Shown here piece after piece: positions 18,552 to 27,925 of a DNA stretch of 64,000 bases. The stretch is from the NCBI GenBank assembly GCA_963769645.1, contig CAVYMH010000002.1:512903-576902 (forward strand), in the 5' to 3' direction. The DNA is from an uncultured Actinomycetes bacterium. Its GTDB lineage: Bacteria; Actinomycetota; Thermoleophilia; Gaiellales; Gaiellaceae. The position numbers and the translations under genes are program-made. The notes beneath the pieces are model-generated. The model was given only the letters and a program-made list of their open reading frames with translations, did no database searches and was not told the origin of the DNA. Position 1 is the first letter of the stretch. The number at the start of each line of letters is the position of its first letter.

Positions 18552-19511
18552 CTATGCCCGTTGCGGCTCGGTAACCGGCTCGGCGAAGACCCCGAGCGCC
18601 CGGTAGCGGTCTCGGCGGCGGCGCCTGAGATCGTCCGGGGGAATGCCGTCGATCTCGCTCAGAGACGCCTCCAGCGACGTTGCCAGCAGTTGCGCGGAGG
18701 CGTCGTAGTCGGTGTGCGCGCCGCCCTCGGGCTCCGGGACGATCGCGTCGATGATCCCGAGCTCGAGGCAGTGGACGGCGTCGGGGCGGAAGGCCGCGGC
18801 CGCCTTCTCCCGCTCGCCGGCGTCGCGCCAGAGGATGGCCGCGCAGCCCTCGGGCGAGATCACGACGTAGATCGCGTTCTCCTGCATCAGCACCCGGTCG
18901 GCGAGGCCGATCGCGACGGCTCCGCCGGAGCTGCCCTCGCCGATCACACACGCGACGATCGGCACGCTGATCCGCGCCATCAGCGCCTGGGAGCGGGCGA
19001 TCGCGCCGCCCTGGCCGTGCTGCTCCGCGGCGACTCCCGGATACGCGCCGGGCGTGTCGATCAGGGAGATGACCGGAAAGCGGTGGCGCTCGGCGATCTC
19101 CATCACGCGCATCGCCTTGCGGTAGCCCTCCGGGTGCGTCATGCCGAAGTTGCGCTTCGTCCGTTCGTGGATGTCGCGACCTTTCTGGGTGCCCATGAAC
19201 GCAACCGTCCGGCCGCGGAACCGACCGATTCCGGCCACCAGCGCGGGATCCTCGGCCCGGGCGCGATCCCCGTGCAGCTCGACCCACTCGTCGAGGATCC
19301 GCTCGACGTAGTCGAGCACGTACGGCCGCTCCTCGTGCCGCGCCAGCTCGACTGAGCGCCAGACCTCCTCGTCGCTCGGCTCGGCAGAGATGCGGTCGAG
19401 CTGCCGCTGCAGGCGCTCGAGCTCGCCGGAGAGGCGGGCGCCGCCGAGCAGGCGCAGGTTCCTGAGCCGGCTCAGTCGCTCGCGGAGACGGAGCTCGGCC
19501 TCACTCGCCAT
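18552..19511 (-). CDS. accA: acetyl-CoA carboxylase carboxyltransferase subunit alpha
   Basis: 319 aa; FGMTHPEGYRKAMRVMEIAERHRFPVISLIDTPGAYPGVAAEQHGQGGAIARS. Confidence 0.9.
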   Translation of the reverse strand: MASEAELRLRERLSRLRNLRLLGGARLSGELERLQRQLDRISAEPSDEEVWRSVELARHEERPYVLDYVERILDEWVELHGDRARAEDPALVAGIGRFRGRTVAFMGTQKGRDIHERTKRNFGMTHPEGYRKAMRVMEIAERHRFPVISLIDTPGAYPGVAAEQHGQGGAIARSQALMARISVPIVACVIGEGSSGGAVAIGLADRVLMQENAIYVVISPEGCAAILWRDAGEREKAAAAFRPDAVHCLELGIIDAIVPEPEGGAHTDYDASAQLLATSLEASLSEIDGIPPDDLRRRRRDRYRALGVFAEPVTEPQRA

Positions 19512-20343
19512 TGTCGAAGAGGCGGAGCAGGCGGCCGACGTACGCGCGCAGCTCGGGTCGGGGGACGATGGCGTCGATGTGGCCGTAGCGGACGTTCGAC
19601 TCGGCCAGACCGAAGTCGGCGGGCAGCTTCTCGCGAGTCGTCTGCTGGACGACCCGCGGGCCCGTGAAGGACATCAGCGCCCCGGGCTCGGCGACGAGCA
19701 CGTCACCGAGGCTGGCGAAGCTCGCAAGCACCCCGGCTGTGGTCGGGTGCGCCATCACGCTGATGTAGCCGCAGCGTGCGTCACGCAGGTCCTCGACCGC
19801 GCAGACGGTCTTCGGCAGCTGCATCAACGAGAGGATCCCCTCCTGCATGCGGGCGCCGCCGGAGGCGGTCACCGAGATCAGCGGCACGCCACGTTCGGCC
19901 GCACCGTCGCAGGCGCGGGCGAACTTCTCGCCGACCACGCTGCCCATCGAGCCGCCCATGAAGGAGAAGTCCATGACGGCGAGCTCGCAGGGCTGCTCCT
20001 CGATCATGGCGCGGCCGACCACCATCGCGTCGCCGAGCCCGGTGCTCATCTCGGCCTCGGCCAGGCGCTCCGTGTACGGGCGCAGGTCGAAGAACTGCAG
20101 CGGATCCTCAGAGCGCAGGTCGACGTGCGCCTCGACGAAGCTGCCCTCGTCGGCGAGCTGCTCGATCCGCTCGCGGGCCTTGACCGGAAAGTGATGGCCG
20201 CACTGCGGGCAGACGCGCAGGTGCTCGACGAGCTCGTCGTCCCGGTAGTGCGAGCCGCAGCCCGGACAGGTGTTCGGGTGCGGCTTCCCTTTGTCGGGCT
20301 CGGGGAGGTTCTTGTGTTCGATCGAGACGTCGATCCGGGCCAC
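19501..20343 (-). CDS. accD: acetyl-CoA carboxylase carboxyltransferase subunit beta (Zn-ribbon N-terminus)
   Basis: 280 aa; CPGCGSHYRDDELVEHLRVCPQCGHH zinc ribbon, then FSFMGGSMGSVVGEKF. Confidence 0.9.
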   Translation of the reverse strand: MARIDVSIEHKNLPEPDKGKPHPNTCPGCGSHYRDDELVEHLRVCPQCGHHFPVKARERIEQLADEGSFVEAHVDLRSEDPLQFFDLRPYTERLAEAEMSTGLGDAMVVGRAMIEEQPCELAVMDFSFMGGSMGSVVGEKFARACDGAAERGVPLISVTASGGARMQEGILSLMQLPKTVCAVEDLRDARCGYISVMAHPTTAGVLASFASLGDVLVAEPGALMSFTGPRVVQQTTREKLPADFGLAESNVRYGHIDAIVPRPELRAYVGRLLRLFDNGE

Positions 20344-20350
20344 GTTCGCG

Positions 20351-21130
20351 TCAGTCTAGACCGAGTGCCCCCACGAGCCTCTGCAGACGCGGGCCGTTCT
20401 CGGAATCGGGAAGGAACGCCGTGAAGCCGGCGCCGAGCACCGAGGCTCGCTCCGTGACTCGGGCAAGGAACGCCTCGGCCTCGGCGAGCGTCGGCCCCCC
20501 GGGCTCCGGCATGAACGAGGCGAACTCCTCGGGCGCGAGCGCGTCGCAGTCGAAGGCGACGTAGACGCAATGCGATCCCTCGAGCGCAGCGTCGAGACCG
20601 GCCTCGCCGAGGTGGACGCCGGTCGCCGCGATGAAGTCCTCCTCGGGCGGATCGAGGTTGCGCGCGGCGACGAGCACGACGTCGGCCGCGTTCACGGTCC
20701 CAGCGTCGATCAGCGTCCGCAGCGGAGTCGCCCACGGGTTCCCGGACGGCGAGCTCTCGATCGTGTTGAGGTCGCCGTGTGCGTCCACCCAGACCACGCC
20801 GACTCGATCGTGGCGGGAGGCGAGCCCGGTTACGGCGCCGAGGTGCGCGCAGCAGCAGCCGCCCAGAACGAGCGGCCGGGCGGGGAGCTCTGCCGCGATC
20901 GCGAGCGTCTGCTCGTGCAGGGTGTCCTCCGCGACCACGGCCGCCTCGGGATACGGAAACGGGATGCGGGCCGCCTCGGCCATCGCCTCGCCGCCCTCGC
21001 CCCAGGCGCGCGGGACGCGCACGAGGCCGGCGGCGAACGTGCGGCCGCAGACGTGGCATTCGTACTCGGGACCGAGCGCGACGGCCGTGTGCGTCCCGCA
21101 TTCGGGGCACTTGGCACGCAGACGGCTCAC
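20351..21130 (-). CDS. compact arginase/agmatinase-fold (ureohydrolase family) protein with N-terminal CxxC-CxxC zinc ribbon
   Basis: GTG start with an AGGAGC RBS. VSRLRAKCPECGTHTAVALGPEYECHVCGRTF, then GGCCCAH, VWVDAHGDLNT (DAHxD metal site) and VAFDCDALAPE (DxD site). The ureohydrolase core is about 235 aa, shorter than canonical arginases. Confidence 0.6.
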   Translation of the reverse strand: MSRLRAKCPECGTHTAVALGPEYECHVCGRTFAAGLVRVPRAWGEGGEAMAEAARIPFPYPEAAVVAEDTLHEQTLAIAAELPARPLVLGGCCCAHLGAVTGLASRHDRVGVVWVDAHGDLNTIESSPSGNPWATPLRTLIDAGTVNAADVVLVAARNLDPPEEDFIAATGVHLGEAGLDAALEGSHCVYVAFDCDALAPEEFASFMPEPGGPTLAEAEAFLARVTERASVLGAGFTAFLPDSENGPRLQRLVGALGLD

Positions 21131-22035
21131 GTGAGCTCCTTTTCGAAGACGGCGTGCTTCTCGACGACCTTCATCCCGGCCCGCTCGTACAGGCGCGTCG
21201 CGCCGGTCGGGCTCTCGGCGTCGACTCCGAGCCCGACCTGCCGCTGTCCGCGGCCGTGGAACTCGCGGAAGGCGTGCAACAGCAGCGCCATCCCGAGGCC
21301 GTGCCGCCGCCAGGGCCTGCGCACCGAGAGCGAGCGAATCCACCCCATGTCGTACCAGTCGGCCTCGCAGATCGTGCCGCCGGCGATCTCGTCACCCGAC
21401 CACGCGACCGTCCAGAGGCTCGGGTCGTAGCGCGGTCCTTCGAGCAGGCGCTCGCGAAACTGCTCGAACGGCCGCGGGTGGTGATCCCAGTGATCCTGCC
21501 AGGCGTCTTCGATCGCCTCGTGGAAGGCGAGCGCGTCCTCCTCGCGAAACGGCTCGACCCGGACGCCCTCCGGCCACTCCGGCTCGGGCGCGCTCGTCGC
21601 CGAGCTCGACCGCCATGCGGAAGAAGTGACGGATCAGCCGGTAGCCGCGCTCCTCGAGCAAGCGCAGAGCCGCTTCGTCGGTGCCCAGGGTCGCGTTGTG
21701 GATCGAGCTCGCTCCGCGCTCGACGGCCCGCGCCTCCGCGAGGTCGACCAGCATTCCCCCGACGCCACGGCCGTGCAGCTCCGGGTGCACGTAGCCGTCC
21801 GACTGGAATCCTCCGCCACCGCGTTCCTCCAGGACCGCGTAGCCGGCCAGCCGGCCTCCTGTGGCGACGACGAGCCACGCGTCCTGCTCGAGGTCGAGGC
21901 GCTTCCACTCGTCGGCGATGTCCTCGGAGGTGAAGGTCTCCGCGCCCACGAAGACCCGCTCGTACGCGTTGCCGAGCTCGACCACGGCGTCGAGGTCGTC
22001 CAGCGTCGGCCGCCGGACCGTGAGCTCGCTCACGC
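21127..22035 (-). CDS. two-domain GNAT N-acetyltransferase (MshD-like architecture), apparent frameshifts in the middle
   Basis: N-terminal GNAT VSELTVRRPTLDDLDAVVELGNAYERVF...GYAVLEERGGGGFQSDGYVHPELHGRGVGGMLVDLAE. C-terminal GNAT RRPWRRHGLGMALLLHAFREFHGRGQRQVGLGVDAESPTGATRLYERAGMK (ORF 21127..21348). The two are joined across frame changes at about 21400 to 21650. Confidence 0.5.
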
Positions 22036-22693
22036 GGGGACGAGCTCGTCGAGCACGTCCGGGAGCGCGCCGAGCTCGGTGATCTCGCGCGTCGGCGCGG
22101 GCTCGGCCTTCTCCCCGAGCCGGTTGACCCAGACGGACGTGAGGCCGAGCTCGTCGGCCGGGACGATGTCGTGGAAGTGGCTCTGCGCCACGTGGACGTG
22201 GCGCTCGCGGTCGGCGGTGGTGAGCTCGTAGAAGCGCTCCCAGTGGCCGTGCTCGGGCTTGTACGAGTGCACGTCCTCGGCCACGATCGCGAGGTCGAAC
22301 GGAACGCCGAGCCGCTGCTGCGAGGCGGCGATCAGGTCGCGGTCGGAGTTGGAGAGGATGGCCAGCTTCCAGCCGCGCGTCCGCAGCTCGCGCAGCGCGT
22401 TCGGGCACCTCGTCGAAGGGCGGCCAGTCCGGCAGCGACTGCGCGAGCAGCCCGCTCTCGCCCTCCGGGATCCCGTACCCGACGTCCTGCGCGAGCCGCT
22501 CGAGCGTGAGCGTCAGCACCTCGGCGTAGCTCCGGTACTGCTCGGCCTGCACCTCCGGCTCGAGCTCGTGGTAGCGCTCGAGGAGCCGCGGCGCCTCCTC
22601 CACCCCCCACAGCCGCTCGAGCACGGCCAGGATCCCGGCGTTCCAGTCGATCAGCGTCCCGTAGCAGTCGAACGTGGCCCAGCGGTCGGCCAT
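22030..22693 (-). CDS. HAD-superfamily hydrolase (haloacid dehalogenase-like), 1 apparent frameshift at about 22330
   Basis: MADRWATFDCYGTLIDW (motif I DxxGT), then in another frame SYKPEHGHWERFYE...VWVNRLGEKA (ORF 22030..22284). Confidence 0.6.
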
Positions 22694-22697
22694 GGAG

Positions 22698-23963
22698 CTA
22701 CCCGGCGAACTTCTTGAACACGACGCAGGCGTTGTGGCCGCCGAAGCCGAACGAGTTCGAGGCGGCGATCGTCAGATCCGCCTCACGTGGCTCGTTCGGG
22801 ATGTAGTCGAGATCGCACGTGGGGTCGGGCTCGTCGTAGTTGATCGTCGGCGGCAGCAGGCCGCGGTCGACCGCGAGGATGGTGAAGATGGCCTCGAGCG
22901 CGCCGGCCGCGCCGAGACAGTGGCCGGTGGCGCCCTTGGTCGAGGAGATCGGCGTGTTGCGCGCGTTCTCCTCCCCGAGCGCCAGCTTGATCACACGCGT
23001 CTCGCTCGCGTCGCCGAGCGGCGTCGACGTGCCGTGAGCGTTGATGTAGCCGATCTCGTCGGGCCCGACTCCCGCGTCCGCCAGCGCCATCGTCATCGCC
23101 CGTGCCGGGTTCGCCCCGGTCGGATCCGGCTCGGTGACATGGGCGGCGTCCGACGAGAGGCCGTAGCCGATCAGCTCCGCGTAGATCTTCGCGCCGCGCG
23201 CCTGTGCGAGATCGAGCGCCTCGAGCACGATGATCGCGCCCGCCTCGCCCATCACGAACCCGTCGCGGCCGACGTCGAAGGGGCGGGAGGCGGCCTTCGG
23301 ATCCTCGTTGCGCCGGGAGAGGGCGCGCATCGCGCTGAAGCCCGCGATCCCGACGCGCGTGATGCCTGCCTCGGTGCCGCCGGCGAGCATCGCGTCCGCC
23401 CTGCCGAGCCGGATCGCGTCGGCCGCGTCGCCGATCGCCATGTTCGAGGCCGCGCAGGCCGTGCACTGCGACGAGAGCGGCCCGCGCGTCCCGAGCTCCA
23501 TCGAGACCCAGGCGGCGCCCATGTTCGGGATGATCTGCGGAATCGAGAACGGGTTGACCCGGTCCGGGCCGCGATCGAGCAGCATGTCGTAACAGTCCTG
23601 GAAGGCCTTGAGCCCGCCGATCCCGGTCGCGACCGAGGCGCCCACGCGGTCCGCCTGCGCCTCGATCTGGATGCCCGAGTCCGCCTGCGCCTGGCGTGCC
23701 GCGGCCACGATCATCTGCGCGAAGCGGTCCATGCGCCGCGCCTGCTTGTGGTCGATCCACTCGCGGGGATCGAACTCCTTCAGCTCGCAGGCGAAGTGCA
23801 CCGGATACTCGCTCGCGTCGAACTGCTTGATCGTGTCCGCGCCCGACTCGCCGCCGATCAGGTTCTTCCACGTCGTCTCGACGTCGTTGCCGAGCGGCGA
23901 GACCGCGCCGATCCCGGTCACGACCACGCGCCTGCGTCCGTTCTGGCTGTAGTTGCTCATCAC
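22698..23963 (-). CDS. fabF: 3-oxoacyl-ACP synthase II
   Basis: 421 aa intact; VVVTGIGAVSPLG, CTACAASNMAIG (active Cys), HGTSTPLGD, NSFGFGGHN. Confidence 0.9.
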   Translation of the reverse strand: MMSNYSQNGRRRVVVTGIGAVSPLGNDVETTWKNLIGGESGADTIKQFDASEYPVHFACELKEFDPREWIDHKQARRMDRFAQMIVAAARQAQADSGIQIEAQADRVGASVATGIGGLKAFQDCYDMLLDRGPDRVNPFSIPQIIPNMGAAWVSMELGTRGPLSSQCTACAASNMAIGDAADAIRLGRADAMLAGGTEAGITRVGIAGFSAMRALSRRNEDPKAASRPFDVGRDGFVMGEAGAIIVLEALDLAQARGAKIYAELIGYGLSSDAAHVTEPDPTGANPARAMTMALADAGVGPDEIGYINAHGTSTPLGDASETRVIKLALGEENARNTPISSTKGATGHCLGAAGALEAIFTILAVDRGLLPPTINYDEPDPTCDLDYIPNEPREADLTIAASNSFGFGGHNACVVFKKFAG

Positions 23964-24685
23964 ATCCCCAGCCCGCCGTCGACAAGCAGCACCTCTCCGG
24001 TGATGAAGGCGGCCTCGTCGGAGACGAGGAAGCGTATGGCCGCGGCGACGTCCTCGGGATCGCCGAGCCGGCCGAGCGGGGTGTTCGCGAGCATCGTCCC
24101 GCGCGCCTCCTCCGGGATCGCCTCGGTGAGCGCCGTCTTGACGTACCCGGGCGCGACGACGTTGGCGCGCACCCCGCGGCTCCCGAGCTCACGGGCCAGC
24201 GACTTGGTGAAGCCGATGATCCCGGCCTTCGAGGCGGCGTAGTTGGTCTGGCCCCAGTTCCCGTGCACGCCCACGATCGAGGACACGTTCACGATCGCGC
24301 CGCCGCGCCGCTTCATCATCCCGCGGGCCGCGGCGCGGCAGGTGTAGAAGGTGCTGGAGAGGTTCGTCTCGAGCACCGTGCGCCAGTCCTCGTCGAGCAT
24401 CCGGGCCAGCACGCCGTCTCGCGTGGTGCCGGCGTTGTTCACGAGCACGTCGATCTCGCCGGCCTCGTCCACCAGCGCCTTGGCCTGCTCCGGGTCGGAC
24501 ACGTCCGCCTGGACGGCGCGACCGCCGATCTCGGAGGCGACGGCCTCGGCCTCACCGGACTCGGATCGATAGCCCACGACGACGTCCGCGCCTGCACGGC
24601 CCAGCTCGAGCGCCACCGCACGGCCGATCCCCCGCGATCCGCCCGTGACCAGAGCCGTCTTGCCTTCCAACGAGCAGAAGGTCAC
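23960..24685 (-). CDS. fabG: 3-oxoacyl-ACP reductase
   Basis: GTG start overlapping the fabD stop. VTFCSLEGKTALVTGGSRGIGRAV...NNAG...YAASKAG...PGYVKT. It ends 4 nt into fabF. Confidence 0.85.
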   Translation of the reverse strand: MTFCSLEGKTALVTGGSRGIGRAVALELGRAGADVVVGYRSESGEAEAVASEIGGRAVQADVSDPEQAKALVDEAGEIDVLVNNAGTTRDGVLARMLDEDWRTVLETNLSSTFYTCRAAARGMMKRRGGAIVNVSSIVGVHGNWGQTNYAASKAGIIGFTKSLARELGSRGVRANVVAPGYVKTALTEAIPEEARGTMLANTPLGRLGDPEDVAAAIRFLVSDEAAFITGEVLLVDGGLGM

Positions 24686-25627
24686 GCCGAGGCTCGGCCC
24701 AGGGCTTCCTTCACCTTCTCCAGCCCCGCGACGTTGTTCACCGGGATCGCCTTGACGCTCTTGTCGATCCTCTTCAGTAAACCGGACAGGACGTTGCCGG
24801 GCCCGACCTCGACGAAGGTGCGGACGCCCCCGCGCGCCAGCTCGCTCGCGGCCTGCGTGAAGCGGACGGGCGCCGTGAGCTGCTCGACGAGCAGCGTTCC
24901 GAAGCGATGCGCCGGCTCGATCTTGGCGGTGACGGTGGACATGAACGGCGCCACCGGCTCGCTGAACCTCACCTTCTCGAGCGCCGGCCGGAAGCGGTCG
25001 GCAGCCTTCGCGACGAGCGGGCTGTGGAACGCGCCGGAGACCTGCAGCTTCACGGTCCGGCGGGCGCCGCGCTCCTGGGCCTCCTCGCAGCACTCGTCCA
25101 CCGACGGGGTCTCGCCGGAGACCACGATCTGGCCGGGGCAGTTGTAGTTGGCCGGCCACACGCCGATGATCTGCCGGCAGAGCATCTCGACGACCTCGTC
25201 GTCGAGCCCGAGGATCGCAGCCATCGAGCCGGGGTGCTGGCGGGCGGCCTCGGCCATCGCCAGGCCACGCTCGCGGACGAGCGCTACGGCCTCGGCGTCG
25301 TCCGACGGCCTGCGCGGCGGCGAGCGCGGAGAACTCGCCGACCGAGTGGCCGACGACGAAGTCGGGCTCGATCCCCTCGGCGCGCAGCGCGGCAAGGACG
25401 GCCAGGCTGGTCGCCACGAGCGCGGGCTGCTGCACCTCGGTGTGGACGAGGTCCTCGAGCGGCGCGTTGAAGCAGAGGTCGACGAGATCCATGCCCGTCG
25501 CCTCGCTCGCGCGCTCGAACACGGCCATCGCGGCCGGATGCGCCTCGGCGATCTCGCGGCCCATCCCGGCCTCCAGCGACCCCTGGCCGGGGAAGCAGAA
25601 CGCCACCTTTCCGTTTCCTTCGCTCAT
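24682..25627 (-). CDS. fabD: malonyl-CoA:ACP transacylase, 1 apparent frameshift at about 25330
   Basis: [26 protein letters not shown]...FVVGHSVGEFSALAAA (active-site GHSxG), then the C-terminal half in ORF 24682..25395 (NCPGQIVVSG...SGAFHSPLV). Confidence 0.8.
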
Positions 25628-26650
25628 CTCGCTCCGTTCGTCGTCGCCGTCCATTCGAGCAGACCCGAGCCCCACGTGAGGCCCGCACCCATCCCTGTCA
25701 TCAGCACCAGCTCGCCTTCGCGCAGCCGGCCGTCCGCCTGAGCGTCGGCCAGCGCGAGCGGAATCGAGCCGGACGAAGTGTTCCCGTACCGGTCGACGTT
25801 GATCACGACGCGCTCGGGGTCGATGCCGAGCTTCTTGGTCGCGTGGTCGATGATCCGGACGTTCGCCTGGTGCGGCACGTAGACGTCCACGTCCTCGACC
25901 TTCGAGCCGCATTCGGCCAGCACGGCCTCGGCCGACGACACGAGGACGCGCGTGGCGAACTTGAACACCTCCCGACCGTTCATGTGCGCATAGTGCCCGC
26001 CGTTCGACACCGTCTCGGGGCTCGCCGGCATCCGCGAGCCTCCCGCCGGCTGCAGCAGATGCGACGCCGCCCGATCCGTCGGCGCCCAGCTCGAAGCCGA
26101 GGAAACCGCCCTCGCCGACCCGCTCCATCACCACGGCGCCGGCCCCGTCGCCGAACAGGATGCAGGTGCTGCGGTCGGTCCAGTCCATGATCTTCGAGAG
26201 CGTGTCGCCGCCCACGACGAGCGCCTTCTTCGCGAGCCCGGCGGCCACCATTCCGTGCGCCTGGGCGATCGCGTACATGAAGCCGGTACACCCGGCGGAG
26301 AGGTCGTAGGCGGCCGCGTCCTTCGCGCCGAGGCGGTCGGCCAGGATCGCACCGGTGGACGGAAAAGCCATGTCCGGCGTGACGGTCGCGACGATCAGCA
26401 GGTCGACGTCCTGCGCGCGCGTGCTCGCAGCGTCGAGCGCCTGCTCGGCCGCCGGCAGCGCGAGATCCGACAACGCCTCCTCCGGCGCCGCGATCCGCCG
26501 CTCGCGAATACCGGTCCGCTCGACGATCCACTCGTTCGAGGTGTCGAGCATCCCTTCGAGCTCGTCGTTCGTCAGGACGCGGTCGGGGACGTGGCAGCCC
26601 AGGCCCGTGATCGACACCCGCGCCCCGTTCTGGGTCGCGGAGCCGATCAC
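25624..26650 (-). CDS. fabH: 3-oxoacyl-ACP synthase III, 1 apparent frameshift at about 26050
   Basis: [22 protein letters not shown]...[12 protein letters not shown] (active Cys)...[11 protein letters not shown], then ORF 25624..26031 (VPHQANVRI...[12 protein letters not shown]...GMGAGLTWG). Confidence 0.8.
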
Positions 26651-27093
26651 CGCTCGACCGCGAACGTGAGCGTGCCCCGGGCGGCAAGCTCGCCGTCGAC
26701 CCGGGCCGAGGCCGCTCCGCGACCGATCGGGCCGCGAACGCGCTCGAGCTCGCAGATCAGCTCGAGCTCGTCGCCGGGCTCGACGATGCGCTTGAAGCGG
26801 ACGTTGTCGATGCCCGCGAACAGCGCCATCTTGCCGCGGTTCTCCTCCTCGCTCAGGACGGCCACGGCGCCGGTCTGGGCCATCGCCTCCACGATCAGCA
26901 CTCCGGGCATCACCGGGCGGCCGGGAAAGTGTCCGGCGAGATACCACTCGTCGGCGCGAACGGTCTTGCGGGCGACCACGCGCTTCCCGGGCTCGAGCTC
27001 GAGCACCTCGTCGATGAGCAGGAACGGCTCGCGGTGGGGCAGGATCGCCTCGATCTCGGCCCGCCCTAGGGGTACGGTGATCTGCGGCGGCAA
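26647..27093 (-). CDS. fabZ: 3-hydroxyacyl-ACP dehydratase
   Basis: 148 aa; [13 protein letters not shown]...[19 protein letters not shown]. Confidence 0.85.
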   Translation of the reverse strand: MPPQITVPLGRAEIEAILPHREPFLLIDEVLELEPGKRVVARKTVRADEWYLAGHFPGRPVMPGVLIVEAMAQTGAVAVLSEEENRGKMALFAGIDNVRFKRIVEPGDELELICELERVRGPIGRGAASARVDGELAARGTLTFAVER

Positions 27094-27113
27094 GGCGGGT
27101 CTAGTGTAGGCCG

Positions 27114-27925
27114 GTGATCGACTCGCTGGAGCCGGGCGTCGTCCAGCCGCTCCTGCGCGGGCGCTTCGGCCGCGACTACCGATACGCGGAGCGCGCAGCC
27201 TCGACCCAGCGCCTGCTCGAGGACGCGTCCGAAGGCGCCGTCGCGGTGGCCGAGGAGCAGACGGAGGGCCGCGGACGCCTCGGCCGCACCTGGCACGCTC
27301 GTCCGGGAACGAGCGTGCTCGTCTCGCTCTTGCTCGCTCCGCCGGTCCCGGCCGTCCGGCTGCCGGAGCTGACGCTCGTGGCCGGCGAGGCGTGCGCCGA
27401 GGCGATCGCGGCCACGACAGGCCTGGAGCCGACGATCAAGCACCCGAACGACGTCCTCGTCGACGGTCGCAAGGTCGCCGGAATCCTGGCCGAGGCACGC
27501 GATGGCCGAGTGGTGCTCGGGATCGGCGATCAACGTCAACGTGGCCGCCGACGAGCTGCCGACCGACACCGCGACGCCGGCCGGCTCGCTCTCGCTCGCC
27601 GCCGGTCGAGACGTCAGCCGCGCCGAGCTGCTCGCCGAGCTGCTGCTGCGGCTCGAGCAGCGCTACGACGCGTGGGTCTGCCGGCGCACGATGAGCTGGC
27701 GGGCGATGTTTCCCGCGCGGTCGCGGGCGGCGACCCGAGCGGATCGATAGGAGCTCGGCGCCGGAATCCGGAAGAGCCCGGCCTTCCGGCGGACGAAGAC
27801 GCGGGTGCTCCCGTCCACCACCGTCGTCACGGTCGCCGGCTCGGACAGGGTCGCGAGCCGCTTCGACGCAGACACCAGCCTGCAGGACCGGGGCGGTCGT
27901 GTCCACGACCAGCTTGGTCACCTGT
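27114..27925 (+). CDS. birA: biotin--[acetyl-CoA-carboxylase] ligase (group I, no HTH), at least 2 apparent frameshifts
   Basis: [15 protein letters not shown]...[28 protein letters not shown]...[20 protein letters not shown], then [11 protein letters not shown]...[18 protein letters not shown] in a second frame, and a third-frame tail ending at about 27925. Only the first about 0.8 kb of the 765-aa ORF 27114..29411 is real. Confidence 0.7.

Noticed and set aside
22674-24242. 522-aa plus-strand ORF and the 469-aa ORF 22783..24192
   Set aside because: Alternative frames or strands over fabF and fabG. The true FabF frame (22698..23963, minus strand) has the KAS motifs.
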